A DNA stretch of 63,842 bases from Geosiphon pyriformis uo1 (lineage: Eukaryota; Fungi; Glomeromycota), in the NCBI GenBank assembly GCA_016748015.1, contig JAAOMT010000303.1, forward strand, positions 1 to 63,842, read 5' to 3'. The notes below the pieces were generated by a model that did no database searches, was not told where the DNA came from, and worked only from the letters and a program-made list of their open reading frames with translations. The position numbers and the translations under genes are program-made. Of the stretch, positions 52,167 through 63,842 are shown piece by piece (within the stretch, counting starts at the first letter, position 1; the number at the start of each line of letters is the position of its first letter).

Positions 52167-53962
52167 TAAGAAAGAGGTAGAGGAAGAACACCACCTGCCA
52201 AAGCCAAACCATCCAAGCGCACCAATAGACTCATGACCGAAGCAGAGAGACCTTCCAACATGTTTTCCAATTTCACAACCTCAGATGAGGCAATTGAACC
52301 TGTAGCGGCAGCAGTCTTGTCACTAGTGGCATCATCCAAACCCACTCCCATCACTATATTCTCCTCTTGATTCTGTGATGGGGAGGTCACCAGCAGCTGA
52401 CATTCAGGGCTAGGCTGGAAAACTGTCGGCATGAATGAGTCCAACTTCTTAGCCAACTTACCAATTTGTTCTGCAAGGCTGACAAGACTGCTCTCAATAT
52501 TCTTCAAACAGTCTTCCAATTTACCACTAACAGTTGGGAGAGATTTACTATAAGATATGGAACCAGATTGAGCTGAACCACTAAATAACGCTAATGGAAG
52601 TCGTTTACCAACCATGGAGGCCCAGGTTTTTCTACTGAAAGCCAAAGGGTGGGAAACGGGGGCAGATTTTTTTTCATATATCTTAGCCAGACGGAGCTGA
52701 TCCTGAGCTAAGAGAAGAGCTCTCTTGCTCCTAAGACTTGAGGATGCACCAACAGTACAACAAGCAAGAGAAGTATGACCAGAATTTCTGCAAATTAAGC
52801 ACAATGCAGCGGTCAAATGAGACCAACAGAGACCAATGCCTTTTATAACAGAAGTGTTTGCCATTGTCTGAATAAGGCTACCCTCAGAATCAAAGCACAC
52901 AGTGGCACAGTGTGCCCAGACATAACTGACAGAGCTGCGTTCAATAACACATGTTTTCCCACCAACCAAACCAATGAAGTCCCAAAGATCATGAGCAGTG
53001 GTGCCCATAGGAAGAGTGTAAAGCAAAGCCCTAAACTCATCTCTGGCATTCCACGTTTGTTTGTCAACATCGGCCCGAGCCACATGCACTGCATCTTTTC
53101 CAATAAGAACAAACCACTTAGCCACCAAGAGATCAGCCTGAATTTGATCTTCCAATTTGATGATCACCTTTTGCCATAGACCCACCAACTGCATTTTGAT
53201 CAACTTAATAAGCCCAAATTCAGAAATGGCTGCACACACTGCCTCAATGGAAGTTCCCACAGAAATTTCTTTCAACACAATTGCCCAATTCATATGATTG
53301 TTGATAGGGTGCTTAAGATTGGTGTTTACCACAACACCATGATCATTTGCCAATTGAGCAGCCGCCATCATCACCTTTTCAGAAGTGAAAAATGCCTGGA
53401 TGATTCCACCAAATTTTGAGGGAGCAGAGGCCCCTCCAAAACCATTCACACCTGAGAAAATTTTTCTGACAAAGTTCAATTTCTCCTGAAATGATTTCCC
53501 AGCAACAGCCACGAGATCAATATTCAAAGCAAAGGACTTGCGAACAGGCACTTGAACGGATGGTTTGATAGGCAAAGGGAGTGGAAGAAGGAAGGAACCA
53601 TCTAACACGTCATTGTCTACATCAACAGTACCATAATCAATTACACCCAAAGGCTTCCCTAACACCTTCTTGGTTTTTACATGCAAACTCTTAGGTGTTT
53701 GATCAGGATTCTCTCCTGCAAAAGCACCATTCTCACTATAGTTAACACTGGTTTCCTCAACCAAGCACTCCTCCTCTATGTCAATACTCTCAGATTCAGT
53801 AGTGTCACCTACTTCAGAACCCCATGAACAATTACCAAGAGCTTTATCAGCAACCTCACTATTATCAACACTCTCTGCCAATACACCACCCTTTCTCTTC
53901 TTCCTCGATGCAACCATTTTAAAACCACCTTCAGAACCAGAAACTTTGGTAGCCTTCTTCAT
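52166..53962 (-). CDS. LINE ORF1 protein (598 aa, open but hypermutated)
   Basis: Lies upstream of ORF2. Contains RRM-like segments, a CCHC knuckle CLICRNSGHTSLAC and heptad-rich C-terminal helices. Confidence 0.9.
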   Translation of the reverse strand: MKKATKVSGSEGGFKMVASRKKRKGGVLAESVDNSEVADKALGNCSWGSEVGDTTESESIDIEEECLVEETSVNYSENGAFAGENPDQTPKSLHVKTKKVLGKPLGVIDYGTVDVDNDVLDGSFLLPLPLPIKPSVQVPVRKSFALNIDLVAVAGKSFQEKLNFVRKIFSGVNGFGGASAPSKFGGIIQAFFTSEKVMMAAAQLANDHGVVVNTNLKHPINNHMNWAIVLKEISVGTSIEAVCAAISEFGLIKLIKMQLVGLWQKVIIKLEDQIQADLLVAKWFVLIGKDAVHVARADVDKQTWNARDEFRALLYTLPMGTTAHDLWDFIGLVGGKTCVIERSSVSYVWAHCATVCFDSEGSLIQTMANTSVIKGIGLCWSHLTAALCLICRNSGHTSLACCTVGASSSLRSKRALLLAQDQLRLAKIYEKKSAPVSHPLAFSRKTWASMVGKRLPLALFSGSAQSGSISYSKSLPTVSGKLEDCLKNIESSLVSLAEQIGKLAKKLDSFMPTVFQPSPECQLLVTSPSQNQEENIVMGVGLDDATSDKTAAATGSIASSEVVKLENMLEGLSASVMSLLVRLDGLALAGGVLPLPLS

Positions 53963-54116
53963 AACAGCAATAACAGAGCCAATAGTGGCCTTGTAATCGA
54001 AAAATGGTTTTGATTTATCATACTGAATGGTAAAAAAACTTTTTTTGAAAAAACTTTAGACTCTTTTTTGGGAATTTTGGATAAAGGAGAGAAAGAAGTT
54101 TTTTTATTTTCTGTAA

Positions 54117-54600
54117 TAGATTGTATTAAATTTTTATTATTGTTTTATTATTTTTAATTATAGTTAATAGCCTAAGATCTTGGATTATTATATTGTAAAA
54201 CTTAATATTAGAGTAATATCTGTAATATTACTTGTAAATATTAATAATAATTCTGTGATAATTAAAATAAGTATTGTAATTATTAATATGGAAACAATAA
54301 ATATTAAAATTCTGTAAGTTGTAAATATTTAAATTGTTGCTAATATTGGTTTTTATAATTCTGTTTTAATAGTTTTTTATGTCAGTTTTTTATAATATGA
54401 CCAGATTTTTAATAATAGTAATAATTATAAAAATCCTGTCTTTAGAATTGTTGTTGCTATTAACATTATTGCTGTTATTAGTACTTTGTAGTATTGTTAT
54501 TTTTTTAATATTATAGAAATTAATATGTTCTTAAATTTTTAGCAAAAAATTTCTCAATTTTTTGAATTAAATTATTACTTAATTAAATAAGCTTTGTGTT
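54117..54600 (-). mobile_element. Continuation (gag) of the decayed Gypsy interrupted by LINE B
   Basis: The reverse strand at ~54380-54425, tattactattattaaaatctggtcatattataaaaaactga, fits an eroded CxxCxxxxGHxxxxC knuckle. Confidence 0.5.
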
Positions 54601-54679
54601 AATATTAGAGAATCTATTTATGGCCAAATTAATAGTTTAAATATAATTAACTTCTTGTTTTACTAATTTAAAGTTATTA

Positions 54680-56830
54680 TTTAATTTCAACAGTTTTATA
54701 TTCTATTGTTAATTATAAAATCTAGTTTAGTTTTGTCTTAATTGTTATATATAATAAGTAAAATACTTTGATTCAAAAAAATTTGAAATTAAAAACTAAA
54801 CTGCCTTTGTATTTTTTAATAATATAATATATTACTCCTTTTTGTATAACTTAAAGTTTTTTAAGCAAATGCAGATTGAATGCAAGTTGGCTTTTTTTTG
54901 AGCTTTTTAAATACTGATAATATTGTAAGTTAGTTGTTTAAACATAGATTTTTGAATTTTCAAATATTAAATTAATTTTTTCTTTATTTTTTGTTTTTTT
55001 TGGTTTATTTTTATGTTAATTTAGTTAACAATTTTTTGGCTAATATAGTAAAGATTTTTTATAATTATGACTTGTTTCTGAATAATTTTTTGTTTTTGGT
55101 ATTTCAATTTTTTAGAAGTATTTTAATATTTGTAATTTTTGGTAATTTTGTTTTTTTTAATGTTTGTTATTTGATTAAACATTTTGGTATTGCTTTTATT
55201 AAATAATTACATAGTAAAAATAATAAAGTTTTTAATTAAAAAAGCTTCAAATATTGAAAATAACTTGATTTTCATGATCTAATTTCCACATAATTCGTAT
55301 TAGCATAACATATTTAAATAATTTAATAAATCTGCAAATTTTTTTTTCTTTAAAAAATATTCAGCTTTTAAATGTTTTATGTTTTAAGAAATTTTGTTAA
55401 GTATATAATAAGTTGCTAAAGGCTGATTTTTTTGTATTTTTATTTATATTAATAGTTTTCTAACAAATTTAAGTTTAATAGACATAAAAGCTAATACTAT
55501 AATATTTTTTAAAAGTTTAAATCTTAGTATTAATATAAAAAGTTTTGGTCTAATATTATTTATTCTAGCCAAATTACAGACTATTGTGTTGGCTTTAGAG
55601 TGTATTTTTTTTGGTGTAATTATAGTGTTTTTAAATAATTAAATAATTTTAGATGCTTGCTTTTTAAAGCTAATTTTAGTATTACCTGATTTTTATGTAC
55701 ATTGTTAAATAAAACATTATTATATTACAAAGATAATTAGTAAAAAAAATTTGTGTTTTGGTTTAAAGTCAAAGACTATTCTAGTGTTTTAAATAATAAT
55801 AAAACTATTAAATTGGCTAGTACTATATTTTTTTCAAATTTAATGCTTTCAGTTATAATTAAAAAAAATCTTTAAATACAAAACATTTTGTTCACAAAAT
55901 TTTGGCAGTTTATTATGTTTATTAAAAAACTAATTATAATATTATTATTTTAGATCAGATTTTACTTAAAAATATAAATTGAATTAATTTTTTACAAGTA
56001 TAATATTCAAATTCATATATAATAGCTAAGTATATAAGTTAAATTATTACAGATATTTATTTTTATTTTATAAAAGCTCTTTATTATTAGTTGCTTATAG
56101 CTATCTGTAAATATTTATACAATAAATACTATCATAATATTCTGTGTCTTTTATGTAATAATATTAAATTTTCTGATTATTTATTTTTATGTTTGTTGAA
56201 TTTTGTTGTTTATAATACTTTGTTGGCTTTTTAAACTACAATATAAAATTATTTTTTTGGTTTTGTATTAGTTTTTATCTTATATGTTTTAATTATTATT
56301 ATTATTATGTTTATTAAATTCTGTAATATATATTGTCTTATATAAGAATTTTGGTTTTAAAACTTGGTTTCTAAAGTCTCTTTTTGTTTTTGAAAATTTT
56401 AAAGTTGCTATTAATAAGATTGTAAATTCTGTGTATAATTTGGTTTTAACTTACAAAAATAAAATTTGATTTATTTGTTTTAAGTATTATGTAATTATAA
56501 AAAAAAGAAATTTGATTTTACTAAATGATTTAATACTTTTTTTTATTAAATACATTGTTAAGAAGTATAATCAAATTATTTGGTATTATTAAAACTTTAA
56601 ATATGAGTTTTGGTACATATATTTTATATCTATTTATTTTTAATAATAATAATAATAATAATAATATTTATATAAAAGTTTAATGTTGTTTTAACTAACT
56701 CAAATAGTTAGTTATATATAGTAAATACATGATTTATATCTAATTTAGATTATTTAATTTAATATATTGTACTAAATAATATTTAAATCTTACTTATAAA
56801 ACTAATAAAACTAATAAATAAATAAAAATA
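54680..56830 (+). mobile_element. Decayed LINE ORF2 3' half with shared tail
   Basis: LISTVLYSIVNYKI*FSF...NTLIQKNLK aligns with LVSVVFFPIIGYRTQFSY...WDTLIRKGL. RNase H KLQTIVLALEC is at ~55570. The tail is at 56685-56830. Confidence 0.8.
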
Positions 56831-57567
56831 AATATTTAATTTGTTAAAAACATTTAAAAAAATCAAAAAAACCAATATTTTATTTTTAAAAAAAGAAAAA
56901 ACAAACTTAAAAAATTGTTTTTATTTTTTAGTATTTTAAAAAAATTTGTTTTAAATTTTTAATGTTTTAATTTTTTTGTTATTTAAACAACAGTAAAAAA
57001 ACAATAGTTTAATTATTGATATATAATTAAAAATTATTGAATTTTAATAATAATAATAATATTAAAATTACTTTTGGTTGTTTAAAAATTTTTTAAATAA
57101 AAAAAACCTTTTATTTAAAGCCAAATACAGTGTTTTTTAATATTTAAAAACTGTTATGTATTTGTGTTATTTAAAAAAAAATACTTTAAAAAACAGTATT
57201 TAATTATATTATTAAGAAATTTTAATTGTTTTGTTTATATTTTTTGCTTAATTATAGTTATAAAATAAAATTTTATTATTTAAATTTTATTATTATAAAT
57301 ATTTTGATTGTTTTTAATTATATCTTTATTAAATATATGTTTTTATATTAATAGTTGGGCCTCAATTGTAAAATGATAAAAAATTTTTATTATTATTATT
57401 ATTTATACAATAAAAACAGTTTGTTAAAATAAACATTTTTACTTTGAAGTTTAATATATCTTAATTGAGAAAATTTAAATTTTGGTTGCACAATATATCT
57501 ATAAAAAACATGTGAAATTGCTTGGTATGTTCTACATGATCATCTATAGACAACAAGAAAACCTTTT

Positions 57568-58032
57568 TTAACTAGTTGGCTTATCTTCAACTGGTGATCC
57601 AAGAAATATCGGTGCAGTAGCTTCACACTTTCCGCAAATAATCCTAGTACAATAATTATAAAATCGACATCGATGACAAATCCAATCACCTAGAGCCACT
57701 TTTCGATCAGGTGGAACTAAGCTACACCCGAGACAAAAAGTACGATATGAAAAGTTATGGGTTCTACATCGAGAACAGACCCATTCGCCGATTTTAAGAC
57801 GTCGATTCTTTAATCGTAATGTTGTTTCATCTTTGTAACCATCATAACCACCACCTCGACGTCGTTTTTTGTCTCGTATATAACGTTTTTGGTTTTTGAA
57901 AAGAGTTAGGTGTTGAACTGAGGCGTATAGAGGGGGGACGGTACAATAAATTTTATTATAGGGAAATAATAAATTTTGGTAGATTGATAATCTTGAAAGA
58001 TAATTTGAGCGAATTTCAAAAATTTTCATCAT
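57568..58032 (-). CDS. Protein with two RanBP2-type zinc fingers, possibly mitochondrial
   Basis: WVCSRCRTHNFSYRTFCLGC and WICHRCRFYNYCTRIICGKC fit W-x-C-x2-C-x3-N-x6-C-x2-C. The ORF is intact, retains CpG and has no introns. Confidence 0.9.
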   Translation of the reverse strand: MMKIFEIRSNYLSRLSIYQNLLFPYNKIYCTVPPLYASVQHLTLFKNQKRYIRDKKRRRGGGYDGYKDETTLRLKNRRLKIGEWVCSRCRTHNFSYRTFCLGCSLVPPDRKVALGDWICHRCRFYNYCTRIICGKCEATAPIFLGSPVEDKPTS

Positions 58033-59414
58033 TACGATAAAATTGAATTTATGATATTAGAAATTTTTTTTAAATTCGGTCCTGATCTTGATGATACGAC
58101 CGTTACACCATCAATTTACGGAAATTCTGGTTTTTATTTTCATTTAAAAAGAAAAGCAAAAATATTGTATTGTATTCCCTTCTAACGTTTTTTGAGTAAT
58201 AACTCGATGTGGCGTCTTTCTATTTTCGTGCTAACGTGGAATCTTTCATGAGGCACCTTTTGAAAATTTATCTTTTTGTCGAAAAAGCCCCTTGAACAAA
58301 AGACAGAAAATGACGGCTATCAATCAGCAAAAAAAGCCAATTATTGACCCTTTTTTAGTATGAATATGGTCAATAATAAATTTAGAATCTTTCTTTTAAG
58401 AACAAATTAATTATCTATATCATCAGGTCTAAGACGTATAAAATAGAATGAACTTTCTTTTGATACATATGTGATACAAGAGGTAATAGTCTAAACCTTC
58501 TGCATTTTATCTTTCTAAAAGGAGAAAAGGCTTGGCTCAAATATGATACGCCAATTCCAGATTTCAAAATAAGTCTCTAGTCCTTTTTTATCTTGAATCA
58601 AAAGATTAAAAAACAAAAACATTCAAATTGGTTGTTGTCTTTTCACTTAAGATCGCTTTTAATGTTGTTTTTATTCTCATTTTGGAAAACTGTCTCTTAA
58701 AATAATTATATTGGGTGTCGAACCGTTTGATGACAATATGTCCAATCATTCGAATTGTTAAGACGGAGCTTCTTATTATGATTATATGTGAACCAATGTG
58801 ATTCAACTTTTTTTTAAAAAAAATTAGTTAAAAATTCTTAAATAAAATGTTAAAAGTAAATTTAATCAAAAAATATTAATTCTTAGGTTTAAAATCAACT
58901 TAAATTGATCATTTTGATTGCAATTAATAAATTTAATGTTTTTGTCAAAATATTACAATGTCATATTGTATTGTAATAATTTAACTTTGAAAATTTTGTA
59001 AGATAAAAATTGTGTTTTAAATTAATTTTTTTTTTACAAACCAAAATGCTAAGTTTTTATTATGATATCACTTTTTTGAAATTGAAAATGTTATTAATCT
59101 GTATTTATCAAACCATATTCAAATTACATTCATTTTTAAAATTAAATTTTATTGACAAGAAATTCAACATGTATTGATTGACAAAATGTATTCAAAACTT
59201 GATGAATTGAACAGATATTTCTTTCGCAGTACAGTAAATTTATTTCTTCATTTTTTGGTTTTAATAACTACATATCATATAGTAAAAAAACTACTGCACG
59301 CTTTTTTACGTGTACAAAAATTAACATTTTGATTCTATAATCACATAAGAGCAATATATAAATGTTTTACCAAAATTTTAAAAACTTTGCTCATTATAAT
59401 CGCTAAGAGCAAGA

Positions 59415-61150
59415 TTATCGACCTCCTTCCACGATCAATGACATCTTCTTATTCACCTCTTTTTTCAACATAGGAGTTGGAACGCTGTCAAATCCGTTGG
59501 ATATGCCACCAACAATACTGGACGGCCTTGTCCTAAGACCATTTGTGCTTGACGCTCTCCGAATTGACATCTGGGGAGTCAAAGCGCTTGTCTGAGAATT
59601 TGGGGTGATGGTTATCGAGGTTGTCGCACTTCTGAGTGGGGTCTTTGGCCGTGGAATACCTCGAGTTGATTTTCCGTTAAGTTTATTGTCTATTAGTTTG
59701 ATGTTTCCTGTGGTGTTGTTGGGAGCTTTTTCAGCTTCATTGTTATCTTTTGTTGGTGATTGGAGGATCTCTGATTTATCATTAGTCGAAGTCGATAATT
59801 TACTTTTGTTGGAAGAAACAGCTAATCGCCCATTAACAATATGTGGCTCTGGTGTTGAGGGGGTCACGACCGAAGATGAAGATGTTGTGCTTGAATCGCT
59901 GGATACACTATTACTTCGATGAGGGAGTAATTCGGGTTGTGAATTTGGTAATTTTCGTCGCAATTGAGTTGGTTGATCTTGTGAGGTTTTATTTGGTTGT
60001 TGTTGTTGTTGTTTTTCTTCTTCTATTACCACCACTGTATTACTATCTAGATACAGACTACTACGTCGACGTGCTGTATTGAATCCAGGTCTTGAGGCAG
60101 GTGAGATGTTGTTTGATGATGAAGGACTTGGGGAAACAGATCGACTCGAAGGTCTTCCCCTTCCGAAATTAACCTCTTGAGATGTTCCATTTTGATTAAG
60201 ATACATACTAGTTCGTCGGCTTGGAGCTTTAGAGGGTGATACTGATCGACTTTTTGATGCAAAATCATTTGTTCCCAAGTACATACTTGTCCGTCTATTT
60301 CCAGCTTTTGTAGGTGAAACGGCTCGACTGGCTGGTCGACTTCTTGTCACCGGCTCATTTCCTTTATTTGATGCTCTGATTCCTACTGGTCGATTCTTTG
60401 GTACAGTTTCTACTAGTCCATTGGCATTATTACTCAAATACATAGGAGTTTTTTGATTATTCGTGGAGGAACGCGATACTGGAGAACCAGGTCGAGATAA
60501 AACCACCGATAAACTTGGGGATACTGGTCGACTAGCCATTGATTTATTTCGACCTGTTCCACCACCACCACCCGTAGAAGTATTGGAAGCGGCGCTATCT
60601 CTCCGCTTCTTTGCTAATTGTGCCGCCTCTAATGTTTCTTTCTCTAGTTTTGTCAACCCCTTGGTGGGATTTTGTTCGAAACCAAAGAACATTTGATTGA
60701 CAATTCTTTCCCCGATTTCATTTTGCTAATACCAAGACAACACAGGTAAAGATGAGTAGTATTAAATTTCGAATTCAATAAATTCAAGATCCATCAAAAG
60801 TTGCCAATTTCTTACCAGTGTATCCAAATATCGAACACTTTCGTGCATAAATGGTTTACGTTCATCTGGTTTTTCAGAAATTCGTTATTAGTTAGGGGTG
60901 AAAAGCAGGATAATAATTAAAGATTTTCATACTTACTTTCTTCATACTCGAGGCAAGCTTTAATCAATTGATCTTCAATTCTGACAAGACTCGGCCAACA
61001 AGACTTTCGCCATTTCTCTTCCTCCAATAATCGGAAAGAGCTTTGAAACAGACGCCGAGGATCCGAGGCCTTTTTTTCGAATTCTATCATTTTCTAAAAT
61101 GATATTTGATTCAATTAAATTAGCATCTTTAATCATAAGTGTAAAATGCG

Positions 61151-61185
<35 letters not shown>

Positions 61186-63420
61186 TATTATTATTATTAT
61201 TATTTCCAATAACTTTGTGGAACAAGGGAAATACCTCGATTAATGCGCGACGTTCTAACATTAATTTATAGATTCGTGCACATTTGGCATATAATTCTTT
61301 AAGACGATCGACTTCTTGTGCCAAACGTTCATAGACCTCTTCAGCGGATAATGCTATAGGAAAAACATGAAATTAATACAACCATCAAATTTACGAAAAT
61401 AAACGATATGGTGAAGAAAAATAAACGCTGCCAATTCTTACAATCTTGAAAAGAGGCAAAGAAATCATCACGTTCATTTTGAGGAACCAGACATTTATCC
61501 CAGAGTTCACCCAGTTGTACGGTATACTATTTTTCCAGATAAATAGAAAGTCGCCAGTTAATTTGGATAATCAAAAGAGAAATTATGAAGCTGATCAAAA
61601 TTCTATACCTCATCAATGGCCTTTTGAATAATTTCGCGCATGATCGCCCTAAGTCTCTCTTGTTCTAGGGACAACTATTTAAAGAAATATGCATGCGTTA
61701 ATAAATGTGATTTTAGAAAATAATCAGACATTAACTCAAAAACTTTGTGCACCTGTTGCAAATATTCTTCCTCCAGAGAATCGTGCAATTTAATTTGCCT
61801 TTCGTTGACTGGCATGTTTAATTCTTCCCACAAATTCTTGACTATCTTTTCCAACTTATCTCTTCTGTCTTTGCGTTCTACGTAATCCTTTTCGAGAACA
61901 ATCAACTTTTCTTTTAGGGTAGATAGCTGTTCTTCCGAAAGATCAAGTCCCGCCGGTAATTGTGGCCTATAATAGATATATTCACGTGGTGGCTTCTCCG
62001 TCCCGACCACAGTAGTAATACTATCATCATCATCATCATCATCATCGTTATAATCATCACAATCAACGTTCCTATTGCTATCACTATGACTATGACTATT
62101 AATTGTTTCAGTATTGTTATTAATAGCTTCATTGTCCTTTATTTGTTGAAGCAATTCACTAATGTCTTTTGGAGTTTTTTTATCCAAGAATAATTTAGCA
62201 AGTGCCCTGTCAATATCATCTTGAGGTGAACGATTTAATGCGTTAAAGTAAAAGTGAAGTTGGGCTGTGATGCCTTCGAATAAATCTCGTCGCCGAGTCT
62301 AAAAGATTTGAATTAGCGAATATTAAGAATTTACAGCAGAAAATTTCATGGGGAATTAGAGTGAATGCGTGGAAAGTCCATTGACATTACCACTATTCGG
62401 ATCAATTTATCATATTTACACCAAACCTAAAATGAGTATTGGGAATGTAGATTTTAGAAGGTTCTCTAGGATTTCAAATAAAAGCTTCATATATTATTCA
62501 TACCGGCTGAACAACCGAAGAGCTCAAATCGGTTTCAAAAATCTAGGCAAAAGGAAACAAATGTATTAGAAGAGGATATTATTTATTATTATTATTATTA
62601 TTATTACTATGTGCAATTGAGTATTGGAAGGAGTTATTTAATTAGCACTATTGCAATATTACCTCTTTTGGTGGTATATTATCATCAATTCCCAGTTCTT
62701 GTATGAAAAGTGTGACGCCATCGACCCAGGTGTTAATATTAGTTCGTGTCACTTCAATTTCCTGATCATGATGATCGATCATCAATTATTTAATTAACGA
62801 TCAGAGCTTTGTGAATATCAATTTTGCGGATTTTCGATTGGTTACCTCTTGTAAACTATCGCGAATACTTTGCAAGTATTCGCGTGTTGTTGTGTTCGTG
62901 GGTAATATAGGACCTGCCGATTGACCAATTACATTCTCTACTTGTCTTCCAAATAGATGACATTGTTCTTCGATCTCGATCTATTCAAGGAAATGATGAA
63001 ATGAAAAATAAAAGTGAAGTCTAATGGGAAAAGACAAACTGAACAAAAGGGACAATAAGACCAGGTAAACGCGTGTTAATATTTAAATAAAATTATTTAC
63101 CAGCAGGTCTTCTATTTCAGCGGAAAGACTCGACTTCCATAGAACTTGTGCTTGGATGAGCTTATCAAATTCGGTCAACACTGTCTAGTATAGGGAAAAG
63201 ATGGAGAAAAAGTAACGCATACATTCTCCAATTGAACAAACCAGAAAGATTCCTAGGCAAGGAATTAACAAGTTATTAGAAACGTATAAAAACTTACATG
63301 TAACTTTTCTCGAGCCCACTGGGATTGATTACTGTAGTCTTTGCCAAAAGATTCGTTTGCCACACGATATTCGTTCCATAGTGATTTCAAGTGTTCTACT
63401 TTAAAATAGACGGCGTCCAT
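59415..63420 (-). CDS. Microtubule-bundling protein, Ase1/PRC1/MAP65 family, multi-exon
   Basis: ATG at 63420 (MDAVYFKVEHLKSLWNEY). Coiled-coil exons have GT-AG borders. Conserved segment FEKKASDPRRLFQSSFRLLEEEKWRK..PSLVRIEDQL and KPFMHESVRYLD. Long basic S/P-rich tail. Confidence 0.9.
61151..61204. repeat. Intronic (ATA)n-(TTA)n inverted microsatellite
   Basis: About 11 AAT units followed directly by about 7 ATT units. Confidence 0.95.
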
Positions 63421-63521
63421 ACTGGTTACTAAAAAAGTTCAGTTTGGAACTGCGAAAGAAAGAGTCAACCAATTAAGGAGACAAAAGTTGAATTATGTGT
63501 TTATATGTGTAGATTTTGACA

Positions 63522-63532
63522 AGTAGTAGTAA

Positions 63533-63621
<89 letters not shown>
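63522..63621. repeat. (AGT)n microsatellite ~100 bp upstream of the Ase1-like ATG
   Basis: About 33 units with one interruption. Confidence 0.97.
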
Positions 63622-63842
63622 TGGGATAGAGGAGAAAAGAAAGGATAGTTGGAAAAGGTAGATATAATAGAATTGATATCTTATGATATTTGTAATTAAT
63701 GGGAATCTTTTTACGGAGAAGGAAGACTTTAATAGTTAAATGATAAAAATACTAAATGGTGTTGGCGTCTCACTCCCAGTTTCTTGTTTGATACTAATAG
63801 AGTTCCAAATTCAAGTTATTATTTAATACTAGAAAAAGTGAG

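Larger units (their letters stand above)
47370..54100 (-). mobile_element. Near full-length non-LTR retrotransposon (LINE copy B): ORF1 + APE-RT-RNaseH-CCHC ORF2, 3' tail, poly(A)
   Basis: Two ORFs with few stops and a poly(A) at 47370-47380. It is inserted in the Gypsy relic. A possible TSD ctgtaa lies at 47363-68 and 54111-16. Confidence 0.95.

Noticed and set aside
59605-60696. Plus-strand ORFs opposite the Ase1 tail, and similar ones opposite GH5 and LINE B
   Set aside because: These are antisense shadows of real coding sequence.
63522-63621. (AGT)n tract as a telomere or CRISPR-like array
   Set aside because: It is an internal simple microsatellite with no spacers.

Overview
This is eukaryotic (fungal) genomic DNA. 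The intron style, the genes and the TE families point to an early-diverging fungus, probably Glomeromycotina/Mucoromycota. The TE proteins recall Geosiphon-type repeats, but this is inference only. Two CpG-retaining gene islands flank a ~52-kb block (~5.6-57.3 kb) of nested retroelements. The left island holds a secreted GH5 exo-beta-1,3-glucanase (3138-4910, -). The right island holds a two-RanBP2-zinc-finger protein (57568-58032, -) and an Ase1/PRC1/MAP65 gene (59415-63420, -). The block contains: (i) a full-length decayed Ty3/Gypsy element (14920-24973; 4-bp TSD, PBS, PPT) with a Cys-rich insert, a dUTPase and a pseudo-dUTPase between PR and RT, plus an extra ORF after IN; (ii) a near-complete APE-RT-RNaseH LINE (47370-~54100, -) and several older relatives; (iii) an internally deleted Tc1/mariner; and (iv) at least five copies of an ORF1-only retroelement. 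That ORF1-only element is the most notable system. It encodes a long-diverged paralogue of LINE ORF1p and no RT. Its ORF is followed, starting exactly at the stop codon, by the same ~120-nt structured 3' tail as the autonomous LINE, which suggests a half-LINE parasite/helper pair. Nearly all repeats show massive C:G->T:A decay in all dinucleotide contexts (RIP-like), while the genes do not. Boundaries of heavily decayed relics are approximate.
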